A stretch of 64,000 nucleotides of DNA, taken from NCBI GenBank assembly GCA_902560275.1, contig CACELJ010000001.1:74009-138008 (forward strand). The letters run 5' to 3'. This DNA is from an uncultured SAR86 cluster bacterium (GTDB lineage: Bacteria; Pseudomonadota; Gammaproteobacteria; Magnimaribacterales; AG-339-G14). Shown here in pieces: positions 10,033-19,772 of this stretch (within the stretch, counting starts at the first letter, position 1; each line of letters opens with the position of its first letter). The notes under the pieces are model-generated. The model was not told where the DNA came from and did no database searches. It worked only from the letters and a program-made list of their open reading frames with translations. Made by a program: the position numbers and the translations under genes.

Positions 10033-10958
10033 TAAAGTTTTGCATCAAGTTCAGGGACAGCTGTAAATAAGTCAGCAACCAGCCCATAATCTGCTACTTG
10101 AAATATAGGTGCGTCTTCATCTTTATTAATCGCTACGATAACTTTACTATCCTTCATTCCTGCTAAATGTTGAATAGCTCCTGATATTCCAACGGCTATG
10201 TATAGGTTTGGTGCAACAATTTTTCCTGTTTGTCCAACTTGGTAATCATTCGGAACAAAACCAGAATCTACTGCTGCTCTTGAAGCACCTATAGCAGCAC
10301 CTAATTTATCAGCTACAGATTCCAGAATTTTAAAATTATCTCCATTTTGCATGCCTCTGCCACCAGAAATAATTACATCTGCAGAAGTTAATTCAGGTCT
10401 ATCTGACTCAGCAATTTCTTCTTTTATGAACTCTGATATTCCAAGGTTATGGCTTTCTTGAAGATCAACAACCTCAGCACTTCCATCATTTTGCGCAGCA
10501 TCAAAAGCAGTCGTTCTAACAGTGATGACTTTTTTTGAGTCGCTGTTTTGAACGGTTGCAATACAATTTCCAGCATAAATTGGTCTCTCAAAGGTATCGC
10601 TAGACTCAATTGCGGTGATATCAGAAATTTGAGCGACATCTAAAAGAGCGGAAACTCTTGGCATGTAATTTTTACCATTAGTTGTTGCTGGGGAAAGGAT
10701 ATGACTGTAGTCAGCAGAAATTGCAACAATTAGGTCTGCAATATTCTCAGCGAGACAATGCTCGTATTCTGGAGAATCTGCTACTAATACTTTTGCTACT
10801 CCGGATATCTTTGCAGCTTGATCTTTTGCTCCAGAACAATTTGATCCGGCAACAAGAACGTGAATATCGCCTTCCAGATTAGTTGCAGCAGTTACAACAT
10901 TATTAGTTGATGCTTTAATTTCTTCGTTATCGTGTTCAGCTATTACAAGTATGCTCAT
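10032..10958 (-). CDS. etfA: Electron transfer flavoprotein subunit alpha
   Basis: 308 aa. The FAD-binding C-terminal motifs are [17 protein letters not shown] and [12 protein letters not shown]. Confidence 0.9.
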   Translation of the reverse strand: MSILVIAEHDNEEIKASTNNVVTAATNLEGDIHVLVAGSNCSGAKDQAAKISGVAKVLVADSPEYEHCLAENIADLIVAISADYSHILSPATTNGKNYMPRVSALLDVAQISDITAIESSDTFERPIYAGNCIATVQNSDSKKVITVRTTAFDAAQNDGSAEVVDLQESHNLGISEFIKEEIAESDRPELTSADVIISGGRGMQNGDNFKILESVADKLGAAIGASRAAVDSGFVPNDYQVGQTGKIVAPNLYIAVGISGAIQHLAGMKDSKVIVAINKDEDAPIFQVADYGLVADLFTAVPELDAKL

Positions 10959-11707
10959 GTTATTACCTTTGCTTCATTTTTAAGTTTATCTACTAAATCA
11001 TCTACAGTTTCTACAATTATTCCAGCTTCTCTAACTGGAGGAGGAGAAACTTTTAAAGTTTTATTCCTTGGCTCAATATCTACTCCTAAAGATCCAGCCT
11101 CTATTACATCGAGAGGTTTTTGCTTTGCCTTCATAATATTCGGTAAAGAAGCATATCTTGGTTCGTTCAACCTTAAGTCTGTAGATACTATACAAGGAAG
11201 ATTGACAGAAATTGTTTGCAAACCACCATCAACTTCTCTCGTTACAAGAGCCTTTTCTCCTTCAATTTTTAATTCAGAGGCAAATGTTGCTTGAGCATAC
11301 CCAGTAAGAGCTGCCAACATTTGAGAGGTTTGGTTATTATCACCATCTATAGCTTGCTTACCCAGTATTACTAAGTCTGGAGACTCTTTTTCAACAACTC
11401 CTTTTAAAAGTTTTGCAATAGCCAAAGGTTCAACCTCAATGTCAGTTTCTACCAAAATAGCTCTGTCGGCACCGAGGGCTAAGGCAGTTCTTAATTGTTC
11501 TTGAGAAGCTGAAGACCCTACTGTCACAGCAATTATCTCAGTAGCAGTACCTCCCTCTTTTAATCTGACAGCTTCTTCTACAGCAATCTCGCAAAAAGGA
11601 TTAATAGCCATTTTTACGTTATTTAAGTCAACGCCCGATTCATCAGCTTTTGGCCTAACTTTAACGTTGTAATCAACAACTCTCTTTATTGGAACTAAAA
11701 TTTTCAT
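10955..11707 (-). CDS. etfB: Electron transfer flavoprotein subunit beta
   Basis: 250 aa starting [18 protein letters not shown], with [16 protein letters not shown]. It overlaps etfA by 4 nt. Confidence 0.9.
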   Translation of the reverse strand: MKILVPIKRVVDYNVKVRPKADESGVDLNNVKMAINPFCEIAVEEAVRLKEGGTATEIIAVTVGSSASQEQLRTALALGADRAILVETDIEVEPLAIAKLLKGVVEKESPDLVILGKQAIDGDNNQTSQMLAALTGYAQATFASELKIEGEKALVTREVDGGLQTISVNLPCIVSTDLRLNEPRYASLPNIMKAKQKPLDVIEAGSLGVDIEPRNKTLKVSPPPVREAGIIVETVDDLVDKLKNEAKVIT

Positions 11708-11810
11708 AATTTTTATATAGTGTTAAGGCGGAATATTACAAGAACTACATATTCTAAAGGATTTGCTACTTGAAAGTAAGTCTTTAGAATACTCTCATAG
11801 ATTAGTAGGT

Positions 11811-13466
11811 ATGGAAGAAAATCAAGTTGAAAGAGACGTCATGGAATATGATGTCGTTGTCGTAGGTGGAGGTCCATCAGGCCTATCCACTGCAATTAAG
11901 TTAAAACAATTAGCTGCTGAAAAAAATGCAGAATTAAGCGTATGTCTTATTGAAAAAGGCTCTGAAATAGGAGCACACATATTGTCTGGGAACTGTTTTG
12001 AGCCAAGAGCTCTTGATGAGCTTATTCCTGATTGGAAAGAAAAAGGAGCTCCTTTGAATTCTCCAGCAACAAAAGATGTTGTGAAATTCCTGATTAACGA
12101 AAATTTATCATTCAACATTCCTTTTCCCTCTTTTTTAATGCCTAATTTCAATAATCATGGCAACTATGTGATGAGTCTGGCTAACTTATGTAGATGGCTT
12201 GGTACTCAGGCAGAAAATTTAGGAGTAGAGATATTTCCAGGATTTACAGCTGCGGATGTGATCTTAGAAAACGATGTTGTTAAAGGAATTCTTACCGGTG
12301 AAATGGGAATATCTAAAAACGGTGAGAAAAAAGCTTCTTACCAACCCTCTATGGAATTAAGAGCTAAGTACACAATATTTGCAGAAGGATGTAGAGGTCA
12401 CTTAGGAAAAAAACTTATTGCAAAATATGAGCTAGATAAAGATAAAGATCCTCAGCATTACGGTATTGGATTCAAAGAAGTATGGGATGTCCCAGCTGAA
12501 GTACATTCAGAAGGTACCGTGATGCATACTTTTGGTTGGCCGAGTAAATCAAAAGCTGGTTCATATTTTTACCATGGAGAAAATAATCAGGTCTATATAG
12601 GTCTGGTTGTTCCACTAGATTATTCAAATCCACATTTAAGTCCATTTGATGAATTCCAGCAATGGAAACAACATAAAGATATAAAAAAGATCCTGGAAAA
12701 TGGAACAAGAGTAGCTTATGGAGCTAGAGCACTCATCAAAGGAGGTTATCAATCTAGACCAAAAATGACTTTTCCTGGCGGACTTATTGTCGGAGATAAT
12801 GCTGGAACACTAGTTTTCACCAAGATTAAAGGAACTCACACGGCAATGAAGTCTGGAATGCTTGCTGCAGAAACAGTATTTGATGCAGTTCAAAATAATA
12901 ATCTAGATGCTGATTTAGAGTCCTATGAAGAAAAATTTGATTCATCTTGGATACAAACTGATTTGTATAAATCAAGAAATATGACGCCTCTTTTCCATAA
13001 ATATGGAACGTGGATTGGAGGAATTTTAATGGCTATCGAGCAATTCTTATTTAGAGGTCGTTATCCATTCACATTGACTCATAAAACACCTGACTATGCA
13101 TGTATGAAAAAAGCAAGTGAGTGTGAAAAAATTGATTATCCAAAACCCGATGGAAAAATTAGCTTTGATAAACTATCTTCTGTTTTTCTTTCAAATACCA
13201 ATCATGAAGAAGATCAACCTTGTCACTTAACTCTTAAAGATTCTTCTATTCCGATAAATGTAAATCTACCGACTTATGATGAGCCAGCTCAAAGATATTG
13301 TCCTGCTGGTGTCTATGAGGTTGTAGAGAAAGATGGAGAACACAAATTTCAAATTAATGCTCAGAATTGTGTTCATTGTAAAACTTGTGACATCAAAGAT
13401 CCAAGCCAAAATATAGTTTGGATAACCCCGGAAGGTATGGGTGGTCCAAACTATCCAAATATGTAG
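11811..13466 (+). CDS. Electron transfer flavoprotein-ubiquinone oxidoreductase (ETF-QO)
   Basis: FAD motif DVVVVGGGPSGLS and a C-terminal 4Fe-4S ferredoxin-like CPAGVYE...CVHCKTCDIKDP. The ORF track starts at a TTG (11763). I prefer the ATG at 11811. The gene is divergent from etfBA. Confidence 0.9.
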   Translation: MEENQVERDVMEYDVVVVGGGPSGLSTAIKLKQLAAEKNAELSVCLIEKGSEIGAHILSGNCFEPRALDELIPDWKEKGAPLNSPATKDVVKFLINENLSFNIPFPSFLMPNFNNHGNYVMSLANLCRWLGTQAENLGVEIFPGFTAADVILENDVVKGILTGEMGISKNGEKKASYQPSMELRAKYTIFAEGCRGHLGKKLIAKYELDKDKDPQHYGIGFKEVWDVPAEVHSEGTVMHTFGWPSKSKAGSYFYHGENNQVYIGLVVPLDYSNPHLSPFDEFQQWKQHKDIKKILENGTRVAYGARALIKGGYQSRPKMTFPGGLIVGDNAGTLVFTKIKGTHTAMKSGMLAAETVFDAVQNNNLDADLESYEEKFDSSWIQTDLYKSRNMTPLFHKYGTWIGGILMAIEQFLFRGRYPFTLTHKTPDYACMKKASECEKIDYPKPDGKISFDKLSSVFLSNTNHEEDQPCHLTLKDSSIPINVNLPTYDEPAQRYCPAGVYEVVEKDGEHKFQINAQNCVHCKTCDIKDPSQNIVWITPEGMGGPNYPNM

Positions 13467-14030
13467 TCAGTCCAATCTTCCAAGCGAAAATTCCTTATCG
13501 TTACTTTTAATAAATAATTCTTTATCCCTCTCATAGGATTCGTCCACTAATTGATAAAAAACATTCCTACTGATCAGCCCTTCTAAGTTTTTTCTTACCT
13601 TTAGATATGGTGAAGGTTCTTGTGTATTTTTATCAATTTCAACTCTTAACTTATCTAATGTATCTAAAAGTACGATATCGCCAACATTGGTCTTGAACAA
13701 AAATACTTCTTTATCGTTTTTAATTTCTTTTTGGTAGGTAACGATAACGAATGGCTTATCTTCAACTTCAATCTTAATTTTTTCTACCGGGGTAACAAGG
13801 TAGTAATTTCCATCCTCATCGAATCTAAGAACTGTACTAAATAAACTAACCATTTTTTCACGGCCTATAGGGGAATCCATAAAATACCATTTTCCATCTC
13901 TGGATATTTTCATCTGAACGTTTTCACATAAAGGAGGGTTCCAATCATCTACTGGAGGAAGTGAACCTTTATTTTGAAGCTTCAAAATATCACTAAATAA
14001 TTGAGCAGATGTTTTTGGGCCAGATTTCAT
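13467..14030 (-). CDS. DUF1285 domain protein
   Basis: 187 aa. The pattern DGKWYFMDSPIGREKMVSLFSTVLRFDEDGNYYLVTPVEKIKIEVEDKPF resembles the DUF1285 family as I recall it. Confidence 0.55.
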   Translation of the reverse strand: MKSGPKTSAQLFSDILKLQNKGSLPPVDDWNPPLCENVQMKISRDGKWYFMDSPIGREKMVSLFSTVLRFDEDGNYYLVTPVEKIKIEVEDKPFVIVTYQKEIKNDKEVFLFKTNVGDIVLLDTLDKLRVEIDKNTQEPSPYLKVRKNLEGLISRNVFYQLVDESYERDKELFIKSNDKEFSLGRLD

Positions 14031-14620
14031 TACAAAGTTAATAAATAAAAAGAACTAATTATAAAAACGATACCAGTAAATTTGTATATCCATGGAATAA
14101 AATTATTAAATTTATATAAAAATCCTTTATCTGTGAGCAATAAAGACAAAAATGCAAACCACACAAAAGTGCTAATTGCTATAAACACAGCATAAAGAAT
14201 TAGGATATTTAAAGGAGTTTCGATACTCACAATTGCAAAAAATAAGGTAACAGTAAATGTACTTGCCTGAAGATTAAGAAGATTTGTCAAAAATCCAAGG
14301 GTGAAATTTTTAGTACTTGAATGTGATACTGTTTCTAATGGTCGCTTACTAAAAAAGGAAGAAATTCCCAAATACATTAAATATAAAATAGCTATAGGTT
14401 TAAGGGCAAGAAATATATTTTCTAGGTATCTCATAATTAATTCCATTCCAAAAATAGAATACAGACAATGAAAAAATTCACTGGTGGCAATACCTAAAGC
14501 AGTAAAAATAGATGCTCTCCTTGTAGATGATAGAGATTGTCTCAGTACAACAGCAAAATCAGGTCCTGGACTTATAACCGCTACAAGATGAATGGAAGCA
14601 ATTAAAAAAAATTCAGTCAA
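14030..14620 (-). CDS. LysE/RhtB family amino-acid exporter
   Basis: 196 aa with about six hydrophobic helices. The N-terminal SPGPDFAVVLRQS motif is typical of LysE-type translocators. Confidence 0.7.
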   Translation of the reverse strand: MTEFFLIASIHLVAVISPGPDFAVVLRQSLSSTRRASIFTALGIATSEFFHCLYSIFGMELIMRYLENIFLALKPIAILYLMYLGISSFFSKRPLETVSHSSTKNFTLGFLTNLLNLQASTFTVTLFFAIVSIETPLNILILYAVFIAISTFVWFAFLSLLLTDKGFLYKFNNFIPWIYKFTGIVFIISSFYLLTL

Positions 14621-15609
14621 AATATCTGAGGTTCAAATTCTAAATTAATCTTGTAATTCTCCAAGACAGATGCCTGAATATGTGAGGCAAGATCAAGAAT
14701 ATCCTCCGATTTCTCAGACTTATTCTCTAGCACTAACGAGTGTTTTTCAGACACTCTTGCATCATTCAATGCAAAACCTTTTAAGTTCAGTGACTCAATT
14801 AAAAAAGCTGCAGATATTTTTACTTTATTATCAATGTATGAATAAAATTTAATACTTGGAAGAATTAGTTTTATTTTTTCTAATTCATCCAATGAGATAA
14901 TAGGATTTTTAAAAAAGCTGCCAACATTTGGATGTTCTTGAGGATCTGATATTTTAGCTTTTCTAATTTTTAGGACATGTTTTCTAATGATAAATGGAGA
15001 AATCTCTTCTTCTTTTAAAAAGTTTAAATCCTCATATTCTAAGTTTGGTTGAAAATCTTTGGTTAACTTGAATTTAACTTTTACGACAATCAGAGAATCT
15101 TTATCTTGAAATATGCTTTTTCTGTATGAAAATTTACAATCATTGTTGGTAAAGCCAACAAAGCTGTTTGATTCCACATCAAAACAAATGACTTCTTCAA
15201 TAAATTCAGATACTTCGCTCCCATAAGCTCCAATATTCTGAATAGGTGCCGCTCCAATGCTTCCAGGTATACCAGATAAATTCTCTAACCCAGAATAACC
15301 GTTTTCTAAGGACCAGAGCACAAAATCATCCCAATTTTTTCCCCCTCCAACTGTAATTAAATTATCCTCAATTGATATTTTATTAAATGAAATTTTAATT
15401 ACAGCCTTGTTAAGCAAATTAGGTAGAACAACATTTGATCCTTCCCCAAGAATACAAAAATTAATTTTTTTTGTTGAGATAAAATTTTGAATATTTTTTA
15501 AGTCTTCAAGATCAAAGATTTCTATAAAAAACTTGGCAGTAGAATCAATTTTTAAAAGATTATTTTCTTTTAAGCTAAACGATTTTTTAATTTTATTTGA
15601 TAATTTCAT
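14617..15609 (-). CDS. murB: UDP-N-acetylenolpyruvoylglucosamine reductase
   Basis: 330 aa. FAD-binding PCMH-type motifs are ILGEGSNVVL and GSIGAAPIQNIGAYG. The C-terminal MurB domain is SAAFLIE...KG. Confidence 0.85.
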   Translation of the reverse strand: MKLSNKIKKSFSLKENNLLKIDSTAKFFIEIFDLEDLKNIQNFISTKKINFCILGEGSNVVLPNLLNKAVIKISFNKISIEDNLITVGGGKNWDDFVLWSLENGYSGLENLSGIPGSIGAAPIQNIGAYGSEVSEFIEEVICFDVESNSFVGFTNNDCKFSYRKSIFQDKDSLIVVKVKFKLTKDFQPNLEYEDLNFLKEEEISPFIIRKHVLKIRKAKISDPQEHPNVGSFFKNPIISLDELEKIKLILPSIKFYSYIDNKVKISAAFLIESLNLKGFALNDARVSEKHSLVLENKSEKSEDILDLASHIQASVLENYKINLEFEPQIF

Positions 15610-16288
15610 TTGCTCTAATTAAATCTTCTTCAGTATCTATTCCAAAGCTGCTTGTAGAAGATGATTTATATGCTTTAATCTGATGCCCATTATCTAGAGC
15701 TCTCAATTGTTCTAAGCTTTCTCGAATTTCATTTTCAGATTGTTCATATTTAACGAATTTTTTTAAAAATTCACATCTATAAGCATAAATTCCAAGATGA
15801 TGATAAATCGAATTTGATGATTTGAAGCCTCTTGAAAATGAAGTAGCAATATTATCAGTCACACTAATTTTCACTACACTAGTATCATCTGTATCTTCTT
15901 TTTTAAGTTCTTTATATAAGGTTGCCATTTCGAAATCATCATTGTAATTGTCTATCAAAGTATTGATGTCATCATGAGATATAAATGGTTCATCTCCTTG
16001 AACGTTAATTATTAAATCTTCTTCATGACATTTTATTTTTGTTATTGCTTCATGAATTCTATCTGTGCCTGTTTTATGATCTATTGAAGTCATAATCACT
16101 TGTCCATTAAATTTTAGAACTTGATCTCTTATCTTCTCGGAATCTGTAGCAATAAATATAAAGTCAGCATTAGATTTCATACATGATTCATACACCCATT
16201 GAATCATTGGCTTACTACCAATTTTCTTTAACGGTTTACCGGGTAACCTAGACGAGGACCATCTAGCTGGGATCACTACATAATTCAT
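15593..16288 (-). CDS. kdsB: 3-deoxy-manno-octulosonate cytidylyltransferase (CMP-KDO synthetase)
   Basis: 231 aa with VIPARWSSSRLPGKPL, NVQGDEP and the E(Q)LR motif EQLRAL. It overlaps the upstream ORF by 4 nt. Confidence 0.85.
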   Translation of the reverse strand: MNYVVIPARWSSSRLPGKPLKKIGSKPMIQWVYESCMKSNADFIFIATDSEKIRDQVLKFNGQVIMTSIDHKTGTDRIHEAITKIKCHEEDLIINVQGDEPFISHDDINTLIDNYNDDFEMATLYKELKKEDTDDTSVVKISVTDNIATSFSRGFKSSNSIYHHLGIYAYRCEFLKKFVKYEQSENEIRESLEQLRALDNGHQIKAYKSSSTSSFGIDTEEDLIRANEIIK

Positions 16289-19056
16289 TTAGATTTTATT
16301 TCGGCTAAGAAATCTTGTTCAAAGTTATCTGAAACTTCAGCTTCTATCTTTAAATACCAATAATTCGTATGGTCTAGAAATGAGCATTTTATTGCATCTT
16401 TTTCTGTCATTACAGTAGGTTGATTCTCCATAATTTCAAAATCTACACTATGAAAATCATGATGATCAGGGAAAGCGTATTCTGATATTTCAAATCCCAG
16501 TTGTTTTAATAAATTGAAAAAATTAGATGGATTTCCAATTCCTGCAACCGCATTCACTTCTTTTTTTAAAGGCCAGTCGAAAATATCGTATTCCTTTTGG
16601 CTTTTCATATGAACCCATTTAAAAGGACGATATTTCATTTCATATTTTGCAACTGAGGGCCATTTTCTATTTGAGCTGATTGTAAAATCAACCGTTTTAA
16701 TTCTAGATTTTGGCTCTCTAAGTGGTCCTGCTGGAAGCAGTAACTCGTTTCCAAACTTCCTATTTCCATCAATCATTAGTATTTCTATATCTCTTCCAAG
16801 AGAAAAATGCTGCAAACCGTCATCGCTTAGAATAACGTTACTATCTGTATTTTTCATAAGATGTTTTGCTGCTTGTATCCTATTGGGACCGATAACCACT
16901 GGGCATTGAGAATTCTTAAACATTATAGCCGGCTCATCTCCAGATTCTTCAATTGGGGTATCTGAGTCAAGTAGCAGTGGATAGGTCTTTGATTTACTCA
17001 AATAACCTCTTGAAATTATTCCTGGTTTAAGACCTTCTTTTTTAAGTAATTTAGCAAGGTAAATAATAATTGGAGTTTTTCCTGTGCCGCCAACTGTCAG
17101 GTTACCAACAACTATTGTAAGAAGATTAGGTTTCCATGAATTTGAAATTTGATGTCTTTTTTGTCTGTTAAAAAGAAATTGGTATATCCATGAAAATGGA
17201 ATAAGAAGTTTGGGCCAGAGGCTATTTTCGTACCATGCTTTTTCTAAGTTTGAAACATAGGATTTTGAAGCATCAATATTTACTAGGAGATTAGGAGTTG
17301 ATTCAGTATCAATATTTACTGCATCGTCATCAAAATCAAATTGATTTCTATAGAGTTGAAAATAAGGTCCTTCAGATAATATTAATTGGCTATGCTTACC
17401 TCTTTCAACTATTTCTCCACTTTGAAGAACTAAAATTTCATCTGCTTGCTCTACCGTTGAAAGTCTATGAGCAATAGTAATTGTAGTTTTACCTTCTTTT
17501 AAGTTAGCAATCGCATCTGTTATCAATCTTTCAGATTCAGAATCTAATGCAGAAGTAGCTTCGTCCAATATTAAAAAAGGAGAATTTTTTAAGATGGCTC
17601 TTGCAATTGCAATTCTCTGCTTCTGTCCTCCAGATAATAGTGTTCCATTATCACCAATAACGGTTTTATAACCATCAGGAAAAGATTCTATGAATTGGTG
17701 AGCATTCGCTTTTTTTGCTGCTTCATAGACGTCTTCTTCACTGGTATCGATATCTCCATAAAAAATATTATTAAAAATTGTGTCATTGAATAAAGTTATC
17801 TCTTGTCCTACGTAGGAGATTTGATCTCTTAAAGATTCTAGAGAGAGCTCTTCAATCCTTGTTCCATCTATAGAAATTCCACCCTCTGTGGCATCGTAAA
17901 ATCTAGGGATCAGATTAATTATGCTGCTTTTTCCTGCACCTGAGCTTCCAACAATAGCTAAATTAGAACCTTTTTCTAATTCAAAATTTATATTCTTAAG
18001 AGAATATTCTTCTGAACTAGGATATTTAAGGGAGACATTATCAAATTTTATTTTTCCTTCAGAATTCTTAATTATTTTTGAGCCATCATCTATTTCTGGA
18101 GTTTCATCAATTTGCTTAAAGATGTCCTCGGCTGCTGCAATACCTTTCTGGAACATAACATTAGTAGAGGATAATTGTCTGATAGGTTTTGCTAGCATTC
18201 CCGCACTACCAAAAAAAGCTATAAATGTTCCTGATGACATTGATGTAATTACAGAGGGATCCAAGGCAAACCAAGTGATTAAAGCTAATGCCAGAGATAT
18301 TATTAATTGAATAAGCGGAGAAGCAATTGAGTTTGTAGATTCTAATTTCAAATTTTGAATTCGATTTGCATCACTTGCTTCATTGAATTTATCAATTTCA
18401 AGATTTTCATTACCGAAAATTTTTAATTCTTTATGTGCGTTTATAGATTCAGAACTAACGTGAGTAACATCACCCATGGCAGATTGGATTTTTTTACTAA
18501 GACGTCTTAATCTTTTCCCAGCAATAGAGACAATGAAGCCAATTAAGGGTGCTGCAATAATTAACACTAGGGTTAATTTCCAATTTAAGTAAATCAAGTA
18601 ACCTAATAGTCCTATTACTATCAAGCCTTCTCTTATAATAATTTTGACTGCATCAGTAACCGCACTACTTACCTGCATAACATTAAAAGTAATTCTGGAT
18701 AATAAATGTCCACTGGAGGATTTATCATAAAAACTCACTGGCATCGAAATCAATGATTTGAATAAATCTACTCTTAAATTATGAATCAATTTATTCGAAA
18801 TAAAGGCCATAAAAAAATTTGAAAGATAAAAACCGATTCCTCTTATTAGTGCTATGGCTATTAGTGCAAGGGGTAAGATTGTTTGGACTGTTTGATTTGG
18901 ATTTTCTATAAAATCAACTATTCTTCTTAACCATTCCGCTGCCCCTACTTGAGCTGCTGCAAATAATACAAATCCAAAAAAACTGATCAAGAAATAAGGA
19001 ATGCTTGAAGAAACATAGCCAAAAAGACGTGCAAGATATGAAGTATTGCTTTTCAT
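16285..19056 (-). CDS. msbA-lpxK: Fusion protein: lipid A export ABC transporter MsbA (N-terminal about 580 aa) plus tetraacyldisaccharide 4'-kinase LpxK (C-terminal about 320 aa)
   Basis: One uninterrupted 923-aa ORF. The N-terminal part has a six-TM ABC exporter domain and an NBD (Walker A GSSGAGKSS, signature LSGGQKQR, Walker B LILDEATS). The C-terminal part has an LpxK-like membrane helix (LWPKLLIPFSWIYQFLF), the P-loop VGNLTVGGTGKTP, and SRGY and DDG(L)QH motifs. Confidence 0.85.
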   Translation of the reverse strand: MKSNTSYLARLFGYVSSSIPYFLISFFGFVLFAAAQVGAAEWLRRIVDFIENPNQTVQTILPLALIAIALIRGIGFYLSNFFMAFISNKLIHNLRVDLFKSLISMPVSFYDKSSSGHLLSRITFNVMQVSSAVTDAVKIIIREGLIVIGLLGYLIYLNWKLTLVLIIAAPLIGFIVSIAGKRLRRLSKKIQSAMGDVTHVSSESINAHKELKIFGNENLEIDKFNEASDANRIQNLKLESTNSIASPLIQLIISLALALITWFALDPSVITSMSSGTFIAFFGSAGMLAKPIRQLSSTNVMFQKGIAAAEDIFKQIDETPEIDDGSKIIKNSEGKIKFDNVSLKYPSSEEYSLKNINFELEKGSNLAIVGSSGAGKSSIINLIPRFYDATEGGISIDGTRIEELSLESLRDQISYVGQEITLFNDTIFNNIFYGDIDTSEEDVYEAAKKANAHQFIESFPDGYKTVIGDNGTLLSGGQKQRIAIARAILKNSPFLILDEATSALDSESERLITDAIANLKEGKTTITIAHRLSTVEQADEILVLQSGEIVERGKHSQLILSEGPYFQLYRNQFDFDDDAVNIDTESTPNLLVNIDASKSYVSNLEKAWYENSLWPKLLIPFSWIYQFLFNRQKRHQISNSWKPNLLTIVVGNLTVGGTGKTPIIIYLAKLLKKEGLKPGIISRGYLSKSKTYPLLLDSDTPIEESGDEPAIMFKNSQCPVVIGPNRIQAAKHLMKNTDSNVILSDDGLQHFSLGRDIEILMIDGNRKFGNELLLPAGPLREPKSRIKTVDFTISSNRKWPSVAKYEMKYRPFKWVHMKSQKEYDIFDWPLKKEVNAVAGIGNPSNFFNLLKQLGFEISEYAFPDHHDFHSVDFEIMENQPTVMTEKDAIKCSFLDHTNYWYLKIEAEVSDNFEQDFLAEIKSK

Positions 19057-19100
19057 GCCTAAAAAAGGGATATTTTACCTCTTTAGACGAATTTTATCTC

Positions 19101-19772
19101 TTAGCCTTGTATTAAATTGAGCTTACCTTGTTCAAGTAAATATTTTGAATTTGGCTTAAATTTCAAATTTTCATCGTGAGTTGCAATAACCACTGAAATG
19201 TCAATTTCATTAAATATATCGTCTATCAATTCCATGACTTCATCAGAAGTATTTCTATCTAAATCTCCTGTCGGCTCATCCATTACTAATAATTTAGGTT
19301 TATTAATTAATGCTCGTGCAATTGCGCATCTCTGTCTTTCTCCACCAGACAGTTGATCAGGTAAATGATCTTTTCTGTTAGAAATTTTTAATTTCTCTAT
19401 AAGAAAATTTGCAAAATCTTTATCGAGATTATGAGTTATAGATCCTGGGAGAATGATGTTTTCATGAAGAGAAAATTCTTCTAAGAGATGATGAGATTGA
19501 AAAACTACACCAATATCATTTAGCCTTAAATTTGAGAGCTCTTTATCCGATAAAGAATCTATAAGTTTGTCTGCAAAAATCATTGAACCATTAGAAGGAA
19601 TCTCTAGAGTACTTAAGATGTTTAAGAGAGTAGTTTTTCCAGAACCTGACTTTCCATAAATAATTAATCTGTCATTATCATTTATTTCAAGATTAAGGTT
19701 AATAAGAGGAGAAATTACGTTGTCTCCAGTTTGATAATCTTTACCAATGTCTTGTAATTTAACTAAGCACAT
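19101..19772 (-). CDS. lolD: Lipoprotein-releasing system ATP-binding protein LolD
   Basis: Walker A GKSGSGKTT, signature LSGGERQR, Walker B LLVMDEPT. I prefer the start MCLVKLQDIGKDY, whose ATG overlaps the upstream stop (TAATG), over the extended track ORF (to 19877). Confidence 0.8.
   Translation of the reverse strand: MCLVKLQDIGKDYQTGDNVISPLINLNLEINDNDRLIIYGKSGSGKTTLLNILSTLEIPSNGSMIFADKLIDSLSDKELSNLRLNDIGVVFQSHHLLEEFSLHENIILPGSITHNLDKDFANFLIEKLKISNRKDHLPDQLSGGERQRCAIARALINKPKLLVMDEPTGDLDRNTSDEVMELIDDIFNEIDISVVIATHDENLKFKPNSKYLLEQGKLNLIQG

Noticed and set aside
17921-18310. 129-aa plus-strand ORF inside msbA-lpxK, plus similar shadow ORFs (10932..11294, 11822..12151, 40626..40937, 44972..45283, 56762..57211, 59350..59688)
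   Set aside because: All of them overlap, on the opposite strand, genes with strong motif support. None shows a recognisable domain, start context or independent intergenic space.
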